64,000 nucleotides of DNA from an uncultured Planctomycetota bacterium (GTDB lineage: Bacteria; Planctomycetota; Planctomycetia; Isosphaerales; Isosphaeraceae): NCBI GenBank assembly GCA_963845755.1, contig CAWJTV010000041.1, positions 352,001-416,000 on the forward strand. Reading direction: 5' to 3'. This document shows, piece after piece, positions 25,560 through 36,805 of this stretch. The notes beneath the pieces were generated by a model that saw only the letters and a program-made list of their open reading frames with translations, was not told the origin of the DNA and did not search any database. How positions within the stretch are numbered: position 1 is the first letter of the stretch; every line of letters starts with the position of its first letter. A program made the position numbers and the translations under genes.

Positions 25560-26177
25560 TCAGGGCGGGCTGGTTGGCGTCGCCGCCGGGCCGAGGTCGC
25601 CGAGCCGCTCGGTCAGCAGCCGGAGACCCCGGTCCAGACGTCGTTGCACGGTCCTGGGGACGACGCCCAGCAGCTCGGCGGCCTCGGCGTAGGGGAGTCC
25701 CTGGATGCGCACCAGGTCGAATGCCTCCCGCTCATCTTCCGGCAGGCTGTCGATCGCCTCCAGCATGCGCAGGCCGGCCGGCGACAGGCCGGAGTCGCTG
25801 CTGGCCGGCGCGGGAAGCTCCCTCTCTTGCAGCTCGAAGGCCGTCGGCTGATTATCCAAGCGTCGGGCCAGGTCATTCAGCTCCCACCGCATGTGCTGGC
25901 CAGCCAGGGCGAAGAATTCCCGGACCGTTCGGGGACGGGTCTGCCGCAGGGCCTTGAGCAGCCGCTCCACCACGGCGCCGAGCAATTCGTCGGTCTGGAG
26001 GTTGAGCGGCGCGCGCGTCAATCGTGGGTAGTCGTGGTGCAGCAGGATCGCGCAGAGTCGGTGCAGCCGAAGGACGGCCCGATCCAGGAGAATTCGGATG
26101 ACCGGCTCAACAGGGGTCTCGCCGGTCAGCCCGTCCAGGTATCGCTGCACGATGGCGGTGGTGTTCGTTTCGGGCAC
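25560..26177 (-). CDS. ECF sigma-70 factor, kinase-linked
   Basis: Region 4 LPEDEREAFDLVRIQGLPYAEAAELLGVVPRTVQRR; GTG start. Confidence 0.88.
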   Translation of the reverse strand: MPETNTTAIVQRYLDGLTGETPVEPVIRILLDRAVLRLHRLCAILLHHDYPRLTRAPLNLQTDELLGAVVERLLKALRQTRPRTVREFFALAGQHMRWELNDLARRLDNQPTAFELQERELPAPASSDSGLSPAGLRMLEAIDSLPEDEREAFDLVRIQGLPYAEAAELLGVVPRTVQRRLDRGLRLLTERLGDLGPAATPTSPP

Positions 26178-26419
26178 GCTCGCACTCCGCTGGGATCGGC
26201 CGAGTCCGCCTCGAAAGGTATTCACCCGCCCCACTTAAGGACACGGGATGCCGTTCCACTCGACGATTCTACGCCGCACGCTGTCGGCCCGCTACGCTTG
26301 GCTGAGTAGGCAGGTCGGGAGTTCGAGGAACCGTCACCGGGAAATCCATGGCCGACCTCCTCCGAGATCAAGGGGCGCTGCGGACGATTTCAGATAAGAC
26401 CTTTCCCGGAGGAAATCGC

Positions 26420-29400
26420 ATGGCGATCGATCCTGAGCGAGTCGAGATCCAGCTCCGGGCGGCCATCGAGTGCGAGGATCCCGCCAGCCGCCGGGCATTC
26501 CTCGACGCCGAGGTGGGCGGGGAACCCGAGCTGCTCCACCGGCACGACGCCCTGCTCGCCGCCGACGACCGGCCGCCCCGCGATCTGGACCGACCGCTCG
26601 GCGCCGATCCCAGGGCCACCGATGTGCCCGAGGCCACCCCATCCGCTTCACTGCCACCTCCGGAGACTGCATCGGACGACCGATGCACGGCCGACTGGCC
26701 GGACGACAACGGCCCGAGCCCCATCGAAACGATCATCGCCGACCGCTACAAGATCCGCCAGGAGATCGGCGAGGGCGGGATGGGCACCGTCTATCTTGCC
26801 GAGCAGCTCCGGCCGGTCCGCCGCCGGGTGGCGCTCAAGCTGATCAAGCGGGGCATGGACTCGCGCAACGTCCTGGCCCGCTTCGAGTCGGAGCGCCAGG
26901 CCCTGGCCCTGATGGAACACCCGAATATCGCCCACGTCCTCGACGCTGGCACGACCGCCGACGGCTGCCCGTTCTTCGTCATGGAGCTGGTCAAGGGGAT
27001 CCCGATCGCCGAGTATTGCGACGCCCATCGCCTCGACCTGAACGACCGGCTCCGGGTCTTCCGTCAGGTATGCTCGGCGGTGCAGCACGCGCACCAGAAG
27101 GGGATCATCCACCGCGACCTGAAGCCCTCCAACATCCTCGTCGAAGCCCACGACGACCGGCCGGTGCCCAAGGTGATCGACTTCGGGCTGGCCAAGGCCG
27201 TCAGCGGGCTGCGGCTGACCGAGCAATCGCTGTTCACCGCCTTCGGCAACGTCGCGGGCACGCCGCTGTACATGGCGCCGGAGCAGGCGAGCGGGAATGC
27301 GCTGGACATCGACACGCGGGCGGACATCTACGCCCTGGGCGTAATCCTCTACGAGCTGCTGACCGGCACGACGCCGATCGCCCGCGAGTCGGTCCGGACG
27401 GCGGCCCTTGATGAGATGCTCCGAATGATCCGCGAGGTCGAGCCGCCGACCCCGTCGAACCGGATCGGCGCTTCTGAGGCATTGCCGACCCTGGCTGCCA
27501 GCCGGCAGGTCGAGCCGGCGCGGCTGTCGCGGCTGATACGGGGCGATCTCGACTGGATTGCGATGAAGGCGCTGGCCAAGGAGCGAGAGCGGCGGTACGC
27601 CTCGGCCATCGGTCTGGCGGACGACATCGAGCGGTATCTCAACCACGAGCCGGTCTCGGCCGGGCCTCCGACGGCGGCCTACCGGCTGAGGAAGTTCGTG
27701 CGGCGCAACCGCGTGCAGGTGGCGGCGGCCGGGTTGGTGCTGTTGGCTCTGGCGCTGGGCGTGGTCGGCACGACCCTCGGCCTGATCGAGGCCCATCGGC
27801 GGCGTCAACAGGCCGAGAGAAGGCTCGCGCAGGTGACGAAGATGAACGACATCCTCGGCTCGATCTTCAAGGACCTGGACCCGAGGATCATCCGGAAGGA
27901 CGGCGAGCAGCTATCGGTGGTCCTGGGCAAGCGGCTGGATCGGGCGACGGAGGAGATCGAGGGGGAGGCGACCGGCGACCCTCTGGCCGTGGCCCGGATG
28001 CAAATGACGCTGGGCACCTCGCAGTTGAGCCTGGGCCACCCGGATCGGGCGATCGCGCTGTTCGCCAAGGCACGCACGACCTTTGCCGCCGAGCTCGGAC
28101 CCGACCACCCCAAAACGCTCGCGAGCATGAACAACCTCGCCAGCAGTTATGCCGCCGCCGGACGAAACGACCGAGCGCTGAAGCTCTTCGAGGAGACGCT
28201 AGCATTAAGGAAGGCGAAGCTCGGACCTGACCACCCCGACACGCTCGGGAGCATGAACAACCTCGCCGGCAGCTATCTTGCCGTCGGCCGGAACGACCGG
28301 GCGATGGAGCTCTTCGAGGAGGCCCTGGCATTGCAGAAGGCGAAGCTCGGACCTGACCACCCCGACACGCTCACGAGCACGAGTAACCTCGCCCTCAGTT
28401 ATGCCGTCGCCGGCCGAAACGACCGGCGCTGAAGCTCCGCGAGGAGACCCTGGCATTGCAGAAGACGAAGTTCGGGCCCGACCACCCCGACACGCTCGCG
28501 AGCATGGGCGTCCTCGCTACCAGCTATGCCGCCGCCGGCCGAAACGACCGGGCGCTGAAGCTCTTCGAGGAGTCGCTGGCATTGCAGAAGGCGAAGCTGG
28601 GCCCGACCACCCCGACACGCTCCGGAGCATGAACAACCTCGCCGTCAGCCATCTTGCCGCCGGCCGGAACGACCGGGCGCTGAAGCTCTTCGAGGAGTCG
28701 CTGGCGTTGCAGAAGGCGAAGCTGGGCCCCGACCACCCCGAAACGCTCATGGGCATGAACAACCTCGCCGAAAGCTACTCCGAAGTCGGCCAAGACGACC
28801 GGGCGCTGAAGCTCTTCGAGGAGTCGCTGGCGTTGCAGAAGGCGAAGCTGGGCCCCGACCACCCCGGCACGGCCGAATGCCTCGAAGGTCAGGCCCGTTG
28901 CTTGGCGAATTCCGGGCAGCTCGACCGTGCCGGCGCGATCCTCGACCAGGTCATCGCGTTGCTTCGGAAGGCCCAAGTAGCAGGCCACCCCGGGACGTTC
29001 CAGGCCCGGATCTCCCGGGCCGAGCTCGACGTGGCTCGCGGCCGTCTGGACGCCGCCGAAGCGGCCGATCGGGCGATCCTGGACGAGTGCCGGTCGCGGT
29101 TCGGCGCCGACGACCGGCTGACGATCGCCGCCGGGCTGGCCCTGGCCGAGGTCCGGCAGGCGCGGGGTGACCGCGACTCGGCCGCGACGCTGTATCGGAC
29201 CGCGCTCGAATCGGCCCGCAAGAACCCGACCGACCGCGATGCACTCGCCGCGGCCCTGACGGAGTCGGGCCGGTCGCGGCTCGGGGCCGGCGACTGGGGT
29301 ACGGCCGAGACGCAGCTCCGCGAGGCCCGGGAGATCCTCGAGGCCGAGAAGCCCCAACACTGGGTCACCGCCGAGGTCCGCTCGCTCCTGGGGGGGGCCC

Positions 29401-29621
29401 TCATGGGCGAGAAGAAGACCGCCGAAGCAACACCGCTGCTGCGCTCGGGCTATGAGGGGATGGCCCGGGCCGCTACCGCGATCCCGCGGGTCGACCGGCC
29501 CCGGCTGGGCGAGGCGCTGGCCCGTCTGATCGCGGCCGGCGAGGTGGCGGGGACGCAAGCGGAGCTCGCTACGTGGAAGGCTGAGTGGGCGAAGCTCGGC
29601 GCCGGGGGGCCGAGGCCATGA
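26420..29621 (+). CDS. Ser/Thr protein kinase with TM helix and 42-aa TPR repeats (indels ~28425, ~28602)
   Basis: GEGGMGTV, HRDLKPSN, DFG, GTPLYMAPE; seven GPDHP motifs. Confidence 0.9.
28097..28870 (+). repeat. 126-bp tandem coding repeat (TPR), six units / seven GPDHP starts
   Basis: Unit starts at 28097, 28223, 28349, 28474, 28600, 28725, 28851. Confidence 0.9.
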
Positions 29622-29726
29622 CCAGGCCCGGGGGGGCGAGCCTAGCGAGTCTCTAACGTGCTTCGGTGCGATCAACCGAAGCCGTTTCGGCCGGGCGATC
29701 CCCTGCCCCGGATAATCTTGATAATA

Positions 29727-30840
29727 TATACTTCACGCGGCCATTAGTGAGACATCCTCGAATAGCTGAAAATTGAGCGTCACCAACGTTCCAGTGCGGC
29801 GACGTGAGTTGTTGGAATGCCATCAAGGATCTCCTGAATGGCGGCTTGAAATTCGGCGAATGTGGGATGGTAGCGGCCGTAAAGGGCGCGGCGTTTGGTG
29901 AACTTCCACAGGCGTTCGATCAGATTCAGGTTGGGAGAATACGACGGCAGGAACAATCGCGTGATCCCCAACTCCTACGCCAGCGCCTGCACCACGGCGT
30001 TGTGTTGATAGCGGGCGTTGTCCAGCACCAGCGTGATCGGTCCGCTCAACCCCAACGCGACGATCATCCGCAACAACTCGCACATCGTCTCGGTGTTGAC
30101 CACCGTCGTGTTGGTCACGATGATCGGTTGCCGCGTGATCGCGTTCCACGCCCCCAAGACATTGAACCGTTGACGGCCCGACGCGGCACGAATGAAGATC
30201 CGAGTGAACGACCACAGGCAACACAAGAACGTCCCGAACACGAAATGGGCCGCGTCCGCGAAGAACACATGACCGATCCCGGCTTGGGCGGCGTCCAGGC
30301 ACGGCCTCAACTCGTTGTCGAGAAAAGTCGTCTGGGTCTGGACGTGCTCAGCCAAGTTTTTTTGGGCGGTACGGGGATCATGCGGACCCGCTGAAACTTC
30401 GCGCCCAGATCCTTGAGAAACTTGCGGACTTGGCTGGGACCGCGTCGCAACCCGGTCAATTGAAAGATCCGGTCGCACGCCTCGGCCACTGTGCGGGCCG
30501 GCTGCTTCTCGAACGACTCACGGATGATATCGCGATAGGCGGCCATCGTGCTGGCCGGGCGATGGACGAGGCACTGTCGCAGACCGTCCAAGCCAGCCGC
30601 GCCGAATGCGGCCACGTACCGTTGGACGGTGGACCGGGACACGCCGGCGAACACAGCCGCTTGCTCCCGAGTCGCCCCGCAATGCAGCAACCAGATGACC
30701 AACATCTTCTCACGAACCCGCACGAGGGGATGAGAGACTCGCTCCTCATTGACGATCCGTTGTTCTTCATCGGTCAGCCGCACGCGAAACCAAGCCATGG
30801 TGTCAGTCCAAGGTCCCGCATACAAGGCCTCCACCATGTA
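29727..30840 (-). mobile_element. IS630-family element, transposase 29733..30798 with A7 slippery site and an internal stop; right boundary approximate
   Basis: HTH orfA; CCC-AAAAAAA (plus T7 30357-30363); FFADAAH, LVLDNARY, LPSYSPNLNLIERLWK; TAG at 29975-29977; ends TGA-AGTATA. Confidence 0.85.
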
Positions 30841-30905
30841 CCTTTCCCCAAAGCCGGTGCGGCGGTCCCGACGGAGCCTCGCCGAGCGGGGCACACGCGA
30901 TGTTC

Positions 30906-31729
30906 TCAATGTCCCGCGTACCAGTCATAGCCGCGTTCGGCCCAGTAGTCGGCGGGCCGCACGTCGGTGAAGCGGATGGTCCCGATCCGCTTGAGGTTCT
31001 TGATGCCGTACTTGACCGGGATGACCAGCCGGAGGGGCGCGCCGTACTCCGGGGTCAGGGGCTGGCCGTTCATCTCGTAGCCGAGCAAGGTCTGGGGATG
31101 GAAGGCGCTGGCCATGTCGAGCCCGACGTAATACTCGCGGTCGGGCGTCTCCAGCGCGGCGTAGCCGAGCAGGTCGTCGGCCTTGCCGATCGGATCGGCG
31201 GGCCGGCCGCTGCGGGTCGCCAATCCGGTGACGGTGGCCAGGTCGAATAGCCGCGCCGGCCCAGTGCACGACCTCGCTCCAACCTTCGATGCAGCGCAGC
31301 TCGGTCGTCATCTCAACCCGGGGGAGGGCCTTGATCTCGTCAAGTGTGAACGATCGATTGGCCCGCTCGCCGGCCGCCCCGACGACCTGGAGCCTCCAGG
31401 CGGATAGGTCGAGGACCGATTCCAGCCCGATCGTACCGTTGACGCGGGGCATCCGCGCCGCGGAGCGCGGGAATTCCGGCGAGCGGCTCGACGCGCGAAA
31501 GAGCCCGCGCGCCAGTTGCTCGTCGAACTCCAGCACGCGGCGGAGCGGCCAGGGCAGCCCATCCTCCTGGCTCCGCGTGACCAGCCAGCGCCAACCCACG
31601 AAGCCCGCCAGGGCCGCCACTCCCCCCCAGGCAAACCCCCGGCGCGACAGCCGGCGCAGTCGAACCCCTCAGCTCGCCGGCCCCGTGCTTATCCACCGAC
31701 CACGGCTTCCCGTTCAGCGGCGGTTCCAT
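30906..31729 (-). CDS. Sulfite-oxidase-fold molybdoenzyme, MsrP/YedY-like (two indels)
   Basis: Tat-like LSRRGF, TTELRCIEGWS, YGAPLRLVIPVKYGIKNLKRIGTI, YWAERGYDWYAGH. Confidence 0.85.
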
Positions 31730-32393
31730 GAATGGCCTCCGGATCGCCCACGACCTCGACACCGATCACCATCGCGCGGAAGTTGTTCCACCCCGCTCGG
31801 ATCACCTGCGTGATGTGGATCATGAAGAACAGCACGTAGCCGATGGTCAGGGCGAAATGCTCGAGCCGCGCCATCGGGTATCCGCCCAGGAGCGTGGTCA
31901 GCCACGCTGCCTGGACCGGCTTGTAGATGGCCACGCCCGACAGGAGCGAGCCGGCCCCCATCGCGACGACCCCAGTATAGGCCAGCCGCTGCGCCCCGTT
32001 GAACTTCCGTCGTGGCAGCGGCTGCTTGCGGATGCTCAGGTCGTGCAGCACGACCTGCCAGGCCTCCGCGAATGTGTGTCGGTTCGGCACCAGCTCGCGC
32101 CACTCCCCGCTCCAGAGCGTGTAGGCGACGTAGAGCAGGCCGTTGATGGCGAAGAACCACAAAAAGGTGAAGTGCCAGGCCATCCCCTCGGCCAGGCGAT
32201 GGTCGAGTTGCAGCATTCTATAGAACCAATCGGGGAAGAACTTGACAAGCGTAATTCCCCCCAGCCGGATCGCGTAGACATCGTTGGCCCAGTAGATCAA
32301 CAGGCCGCTGTAGATCATGATCGCCAGGATCGGCACGTTGGCCCAATGAAAGGCCCGCGTCGCCAGCGAATGTTTTCGCTCGAGATGTGGCAT
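31689..32393 (-). CDS. Cytochrome b (YdhU/PhsC/Ni-hydrogenase cyt b type)
   Basis: TRAFHWAN, MAWHF, KFNGAQRLAY, ARLEHF..FFMIHI; four TM segments. Confidence 0.85.
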   Translation of the reverse strand: MPHLERKHSLATRAFHWANVPILAIMIYSGLLIYWANDVYAIRLGGITLVKFFPDWFYRMLQLDHRLAEGMAWHFTFLWFFAINGLLYVAYTLWSGEWRELVPNRHTFAEAWQVVLHDLSIRKQPLPRRKFNGAQRLAYTGVVAMGAGSLLSGVAIYKPVQAAWLTTLLGGYPMARLEHFALTIGYVLFFMIHITQVIRAGWNNFRAMVIGVEVVGDPEAIHGTAAEREAVVGG

Positions 32394-32482
32394 GATGACG
32401 CCTTCCCTCGAAGCACGCGGCGTTCGCGGGCCGCATACGGGCCAACCACCGCCGCGATTAGTCGGGACGAACCCAGCCGAAG

Positions 32483-32713
32483 TTACTCTTTTTTCGTCCC
32501 CATCTTGCCGGTATCCATCTTGTCCATGGGGCCGGCCATCTTGCCGGTGTCCATCTTGTCCATGGGACCGGCCATCTTGCCAGTATCCATCTTGTTCATG
32601 GGCCCGCTCATCTTGCCGGCGTCGCTCTCTGATTCGGTCGAGCAGCCCGGGATTCCCCAGCACGCGACGAGGACCGAACCGGCGAGGACGGTGGAACGAA
32701 GCAAGCAACGCAT
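32483..32713 (-). CDS. Small Met-rich repeat lipoprotein (MxKDx-like)
   Basis: Signal ending GIPGC; three KMxGPMxKMDTG units; 10 Met in 39 aa. Confidence 0.8.
   Translation of the reverse strand: MRCLLRSTVLAGSVLVACWGIPGCSTESESDAGKMSGPMNKMDTGKMAGPMDKMDTGKMAGPMDKMDTGKMGTKKE
32500..32619. repeat. 36-bp tandem coding repeat x3+
   Basis: CCATCTTGCCGGTATCCATCTTGTCCATGGGGCCGG-type unit repeated. Confidence 0.9.
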
Positions 32714-32799
32714 CGATCGTCTCCTGAAGAGGCTCATGTCGAACTGAAGGCGCGGATTGTCCGCGACTGATAACTCGGACCCGAAAGCTGAGGACTGCC

Positions 32800-33072
32800 T
32801 CAACCTCGCCTGCCGTTGAGCAGATCGGCGATGAAGCCCGAACATCCCACGATCGTCGCCCCTCGCTGGATCAAGTCGTCGAGCAGCTTGACTCCGGCCG
32901 AGTCGATGAACGTCACGGCTGCCAGATCAAGGCGCAGGCAGCCTGGCGGGGTCTGTGGCTCTTCGCAGGTACGCCTCAACTCGTCGATCCAGGGACCGAG
33001 GAGCTTGCCTTCGAGCTTGAGCGTCCGGATCGGACTGCCGGCATCGAGGTCGATCCCTGTGATCCTGAGCAT
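32800..33072 (-). CDS. Small STAS-like protein (90 aa)
   Basis: LKLEGKLLGPWIDEL..LDLAAVTFIDSAGVKLL; GGAGG RBS. Confidence 0.8.
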   Translation of the reverse strand: MLRITGIDLDAGSPIRTLKLEGKLLGPWIDELRRTCEEPQTPPGCLRLDLAAVTFIDSAGVKLLDDLIQRGATIVGCSGFIADLLNGRRG

Positions 33073-33126
33073 GGCCGACCCCTCCGCGAACCTCCGCCTT
33101 CCACGACGGACGCGCCGAGTGGGAAT

Positions 33127-33142
33127 TGCACGACCGGTGCCA
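33127..33142 (-). promoter_or_regulatory. Sigma-54 (-24/-12) promoter
   Basis: Minus strand TGGCACCGGTCGTGCA, GG-N10-GC spacing exact; ~55 bp upstream of the STAS gene and next to a bEBP gene. Confidence 0.75.
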
Positions 33143-33271
33143 GACAGTCGCGCCTGGAATTGTTTTGTCGGAGATCCCAACAAATGAACGACTTGAGGCG
33201 ATGACCCCGCGCCGGTGAGAGGAACGGCTCGCTCGGGGATGAGGGACCGGCGTCACGAAATATCGTGGCCG

Positions 33272-34712
33272 CTACGACGGTTCGTGGGTCTCTCTTGAGA
33301 TGCCGAGCTTCTTGAGGCGGCTGCGGAGGGTGTTGGGGTGCAGGCCGAGGACCTGGGCCGCGCCGCGCGGCCCGTCGATGACCCACTGCGTGCGCAGGAG
33401 GACGGCGCGGATATGGCGGCGCTCGATCGCTTCGAGGGAGGAAAGGGGTGAGTCCTCGGTCGCGGCGGGACTGGTGGAGAGTTCGCCATCGATTTCGAAG
33501 TCGAGGGTGGGGCCCGTCGCGAGGATGACGGCGCGTTCCAGCACATTCTCCAGCTCCCGGACGTTGCCGGGCCATCGATAAGCGGCCAGGCGTCGCAGGG
33601 TCTGCTGGCCGACGCTTTCGATGCGCCGGCCGGTGCGGTTGGCGAACTTGTTGACCAGGAATCGCACGAGCAGCGGGATGTCCTCGGCGCGGTCGCGGAG
33701 CGGGGGGAGCGCGATGGGGAAGACGCCCAGGCGATAGTAGAGGTCTTCGCGGAAGGACTTATCGGCAACGGCCTTAAGCAGGTCGCGATTGGTGGCGGCG
33801 ATGACTCGGACATCGACTTTCCTCGGGGACGTCCCGCCAACCCTGTCGAACTCGTGTTCCTGCAGGACGCGGAGCAGCTTCGCCTGCGTCTCGAGGGGGA
33901 GCTCGCCGATCTCGTCGAGGAAGATGGTCCCCCCATCCGCAAGCTCGAACCGGCCGATTCGCCGGGCGATGGCGCCGGTGAAGGCCCCCCTCTCATGACC
34001 GAATAGCTCGCTTTCCACGAGTCCAGCGGGAAGTGCCGCGCAGTTGAGCTTGATCAGCGGCTTGTCCCGGCGCTGGCTGTTGGAGTGGATCGCCCTCGCG
34101 ATCAGTTCCTTGCCCGTGCCCGTCTCGCCGCAGATGAGCACGGTGGCGCCGGTAGGCGCCACGCGGCCGACCTTGTCGAGCACTGCCAAATGCACCGGGC
34201 TACGGCCGATGATCTCGTCGATGTTGTGGACCGACCTGATTTCCTCTTGCAGGTATTGGTTCTGCTGTTGGAGCCGGGCCGTTTCCTGCTCCATCAGCAC
34301 GCGATCGGTGATGTCCACGATCACCGTCCGTGTGTATTTCCCGTTCGGTTCGGGCTTGGACCACCACTGGACCCAGACAGGGCGGCAATTATCGTTGCGG
34401 CGGAGTTCCAGGACGACACCGGCTGTGTCTGTTCCCCGGCCTATCGACGCAAAGGCTTCACGGACCCGTTGCTGTGCCTCGGGCGTGGCCGCGACGAGCG
34501 ACCTCATAGAGATCTCGGTACCTTTCTTCACTCTCGCGCAGCTTTTGCTCATAACGCAGCCGTTCCAATTCCGCTGCGGCACGAGCCGCAAAGAGGACAG
34601 CCATCTCGTCGCCGTCCGCGGACGGCGGTTCCTCTTCCCGACGCGTAAGTCCCAGGACTTCGCCGGGCGACCCGGCCGCCTGTGCCGCGGTCGAATCCGA
34701 TTTGCCGTTCAT
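33272..34712 (-). CDS. Sigma-54 enhancer-binding protein (FhlA-like) with eroded GAF/PAS N-terminus (frame change ~34490)
   Basis: GETGTGKE, ESELFGHERGAFTGA, FLDEIGE, WPGNVRELEN, C-terminal HTH. Confidence 0.88.
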
Positions 34713-34864
34713 GGAATCGCCCAATTGTCGTCCCAACAAGATAACATAGGTGCGCGTTATCAGACGTTGCATTGCGAGTCGCGAACGATGTGGTCTGGAC
34801 CTGGGAGACTGGATACGATGGTCTTCGAGGGCCATTCCGCATCAAGCAGCAGAGGGAGGACTCG

Positions 34865-35317
34865 ATGTCTACCAAGCTGGCGTCGATGAACTGGAGGGAC
34901 TACGTGGGACGGTTCTCGGTCGAGTTCGACGTGGCGAACTTCGAAGACATTGTGCAGGCGAAGAAGGGTTTCTTGCCGCCAGAACAGGTGCGCCGGGGTC
35001 GACTTTCCGGCGTCGTGGACACGGGAGCCTCTCGGCTCGTCCTTCCGGCGTCGGTGGTGGACGAACTGGGTTTGCCCGAGGCCGGCCAGATCACGGTTCG
35101 GCTCGCCGATGGTCGCCGGGAGCTCAAGGCGGTGGTCGGTGCCGTCCAACTGGAGATTCTGGGCCGCTCTAGCGTCTTCACCGCGGTCGTCGAACCAGGA
35201 CGCGACGACGCTCTGATCGGGGCCATCGTGCTGGAGGAACTGGACTTCGTTCCTGACTGCACCCGACAGGTTCTGTTGCCGCGCGACCCGCACGGCCTGG
35301 TAGCCGAGATCGATTGA
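34865..35317 (+). CDS. Clan AA (retropepsin-like) aspartic protease; alternative GTG start 34904
   Basis: VVDTGAS and ALIGAIVLEELD. Confidence 0.8.
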   Translation: MSTKLASMNWRDYVGRFSVEFDVANFEDIVQAKKGFLPPEQVRRGRLSGVVDTGASRLVLPASVVDELGLPEAGQITVRLADGRRELKAVVGAVQLEILGRSSVFTAVVEPGRDDALIGAIVLEELDFVPDCTRQVLLPRDPHGLVAEID

Positions 35318-35319
35318 GC

Positions 35320-36295
35320 TTACCGCGATTCAATTTGCAGCCCCAGCGTCACGACTTCGAGGAACTCGCGGGCCCTGCGGGCCAGCATGTCGATCCCTTC
35401 GGGATTCGCAGGACGCGGGATCAGCGGGGCGAAAATGTTCTCGCAGCAGAGCGGCATCTCCCGGCCGGTGAATGCCACCAGGTTGAGCAGCTTGTAGTGG
35501 TCGATCTCGCCGAAGCCGGGACCGCAGTCTTCGTCTTTGGGGACGTTGCGGTGGTCCTTGATGCAGAAGCCTCGGACCTCCTCGGCGCATGTCTTGAGAT
35601 CGGGGATCGGATCGACATCGAGGTAATCCATCACGTTGCCGGCGTCGTAGTTGACCTTGATACCTTCGTCGGCGACCTCGCGGACGATCTCCGCGCACGC
35701 CGCGCCGGTGCCCGTCTCGCCGCCATGTTGCTTGACGACAATCGTCACGCCGTGGTCGCGCGCCATGGGCCCGAGCTGCTTGAATCGTTCGACCCAGAGC
35801 TTGCGATTGCCCCCTCGGGTATGGCCGAAGGTGAGCACGTGCGGCAGCCCCCCCGCCGACGCTTGCCGGATGCGCGATGCCAGAACCTTCAGCGCGTCAC
35901 GGTCCTCGGGGTAGATCATCGAGAACATCATCAGAGGTTCAAGGCCCATGTCGCGACATGTCTGACCCAGCTCCTTTGCCCGTTCCGGAGGTGCATCGGG
36001 GGCGATCACCGGCACGTCTTGCCCATTCTGGCGGTGAGTGGTCCCCCAGGCGACGTACTGATAGCCGGCCGACTTGATCCCGGACAACGCCCGATCCATC
36101 GGGAAGCGCGAATACGGCAGCGTCATGCAGGCGATCTGAAACCGGGTCGGCTTGGCCCGGTTGGTTAGTCGGTCCTGCGCGGATGCCGGCCACGAAGCCG
36201 ATGCGCCTGTAAGCCACCCCCACCAGTCCAGTCGCGGTCATGCCGAGCCAGGCGCGGCGGCGGATTCCCGCCTCATCGGTCATGTTGTGAGGCAT
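35320..36295 (-). CDS. Sugar-phosphate isomerase/epimerase (AP-endonuclease-2 TIM barrel), Tat-like N-terminus (indel ~36150)
   Basis: RRRAWLG N-terminus; NYDAGNV, CIKDH, GFGEID, CCENI. Confidence 0.8.
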
Positions 36296-36303
36296 CGCAT
36301 CTC

Positions 36304-36786
36304 CTAGAGTGTCTTGAACATGACAAATGCGTCAACATAGCCAAGTTTGGGATGGTCGAAGGCACCGGGCAGCGTGCCGACGATCTCAAAGCCAAAGCTC
36401 TGCCAAAGCCGCACAGCTCGCTCGTTCGTGCTCACGACGAAATTGAACTGCATGGCTCGAAACCCCTCGTCTCGGGCCCGTTCGAGCGAATCCGAGCACA
36501 TCATGCGGGCGATTCCTCGCCCCATCGCCTCCGGAGCAGTCATGTATCCACAGTTGGCGACATGGGCACCGCCGCCCGGCCGGTTCGCCCGGAGGTAGTA
36601 GGTGCCGAACAACCGACCGTCCTCGTCCGCGACGAAGACGTTGCGGTCAGGTGCCATCCAGTGTGCGATGGCCTCGGCTTGCGTCATGTCTCGAGGCAGG
36701 GCGTAGGTCTCGCCCGCACGGATGGTGGGTTCCATAATGGCCCAGATCGCCGGTGCGTCTTCCGTGCGAGCCGCTCGGATTTCCAT
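36304..36786 (-). CDS. GNAT N-acetyltransferase
   Basis: ANCGYMT..GRGIAR, QFNFVVSTNERAVRLWQSFGF. Confidence 0.88.
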   Translation of the reverse strand: MEIRAARTEDAPAIWAIMEPTIRAGETYALPRDMTQAEAIAHWMAPDRNVFVADEDGRLFGTYYLRANRPGGGAHVANCGYMTAPEAMGRGIARMMCSDSLERARDEGFRAMQFNFVVSTNERAVRLWQSFGFEIVGTLPGAFDHPKLGYVDAFVMFKTL

Positions 36787-36805
36787 GGCTTGATGCGCCT
36801 GACGA

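Noticed and set aside
28097..32619. CRISPR-like arrays from the 126-bp and 36-bp repeats
   Set aside because: Contiguous in-frame coding repeats without unique spacers; no cas genes
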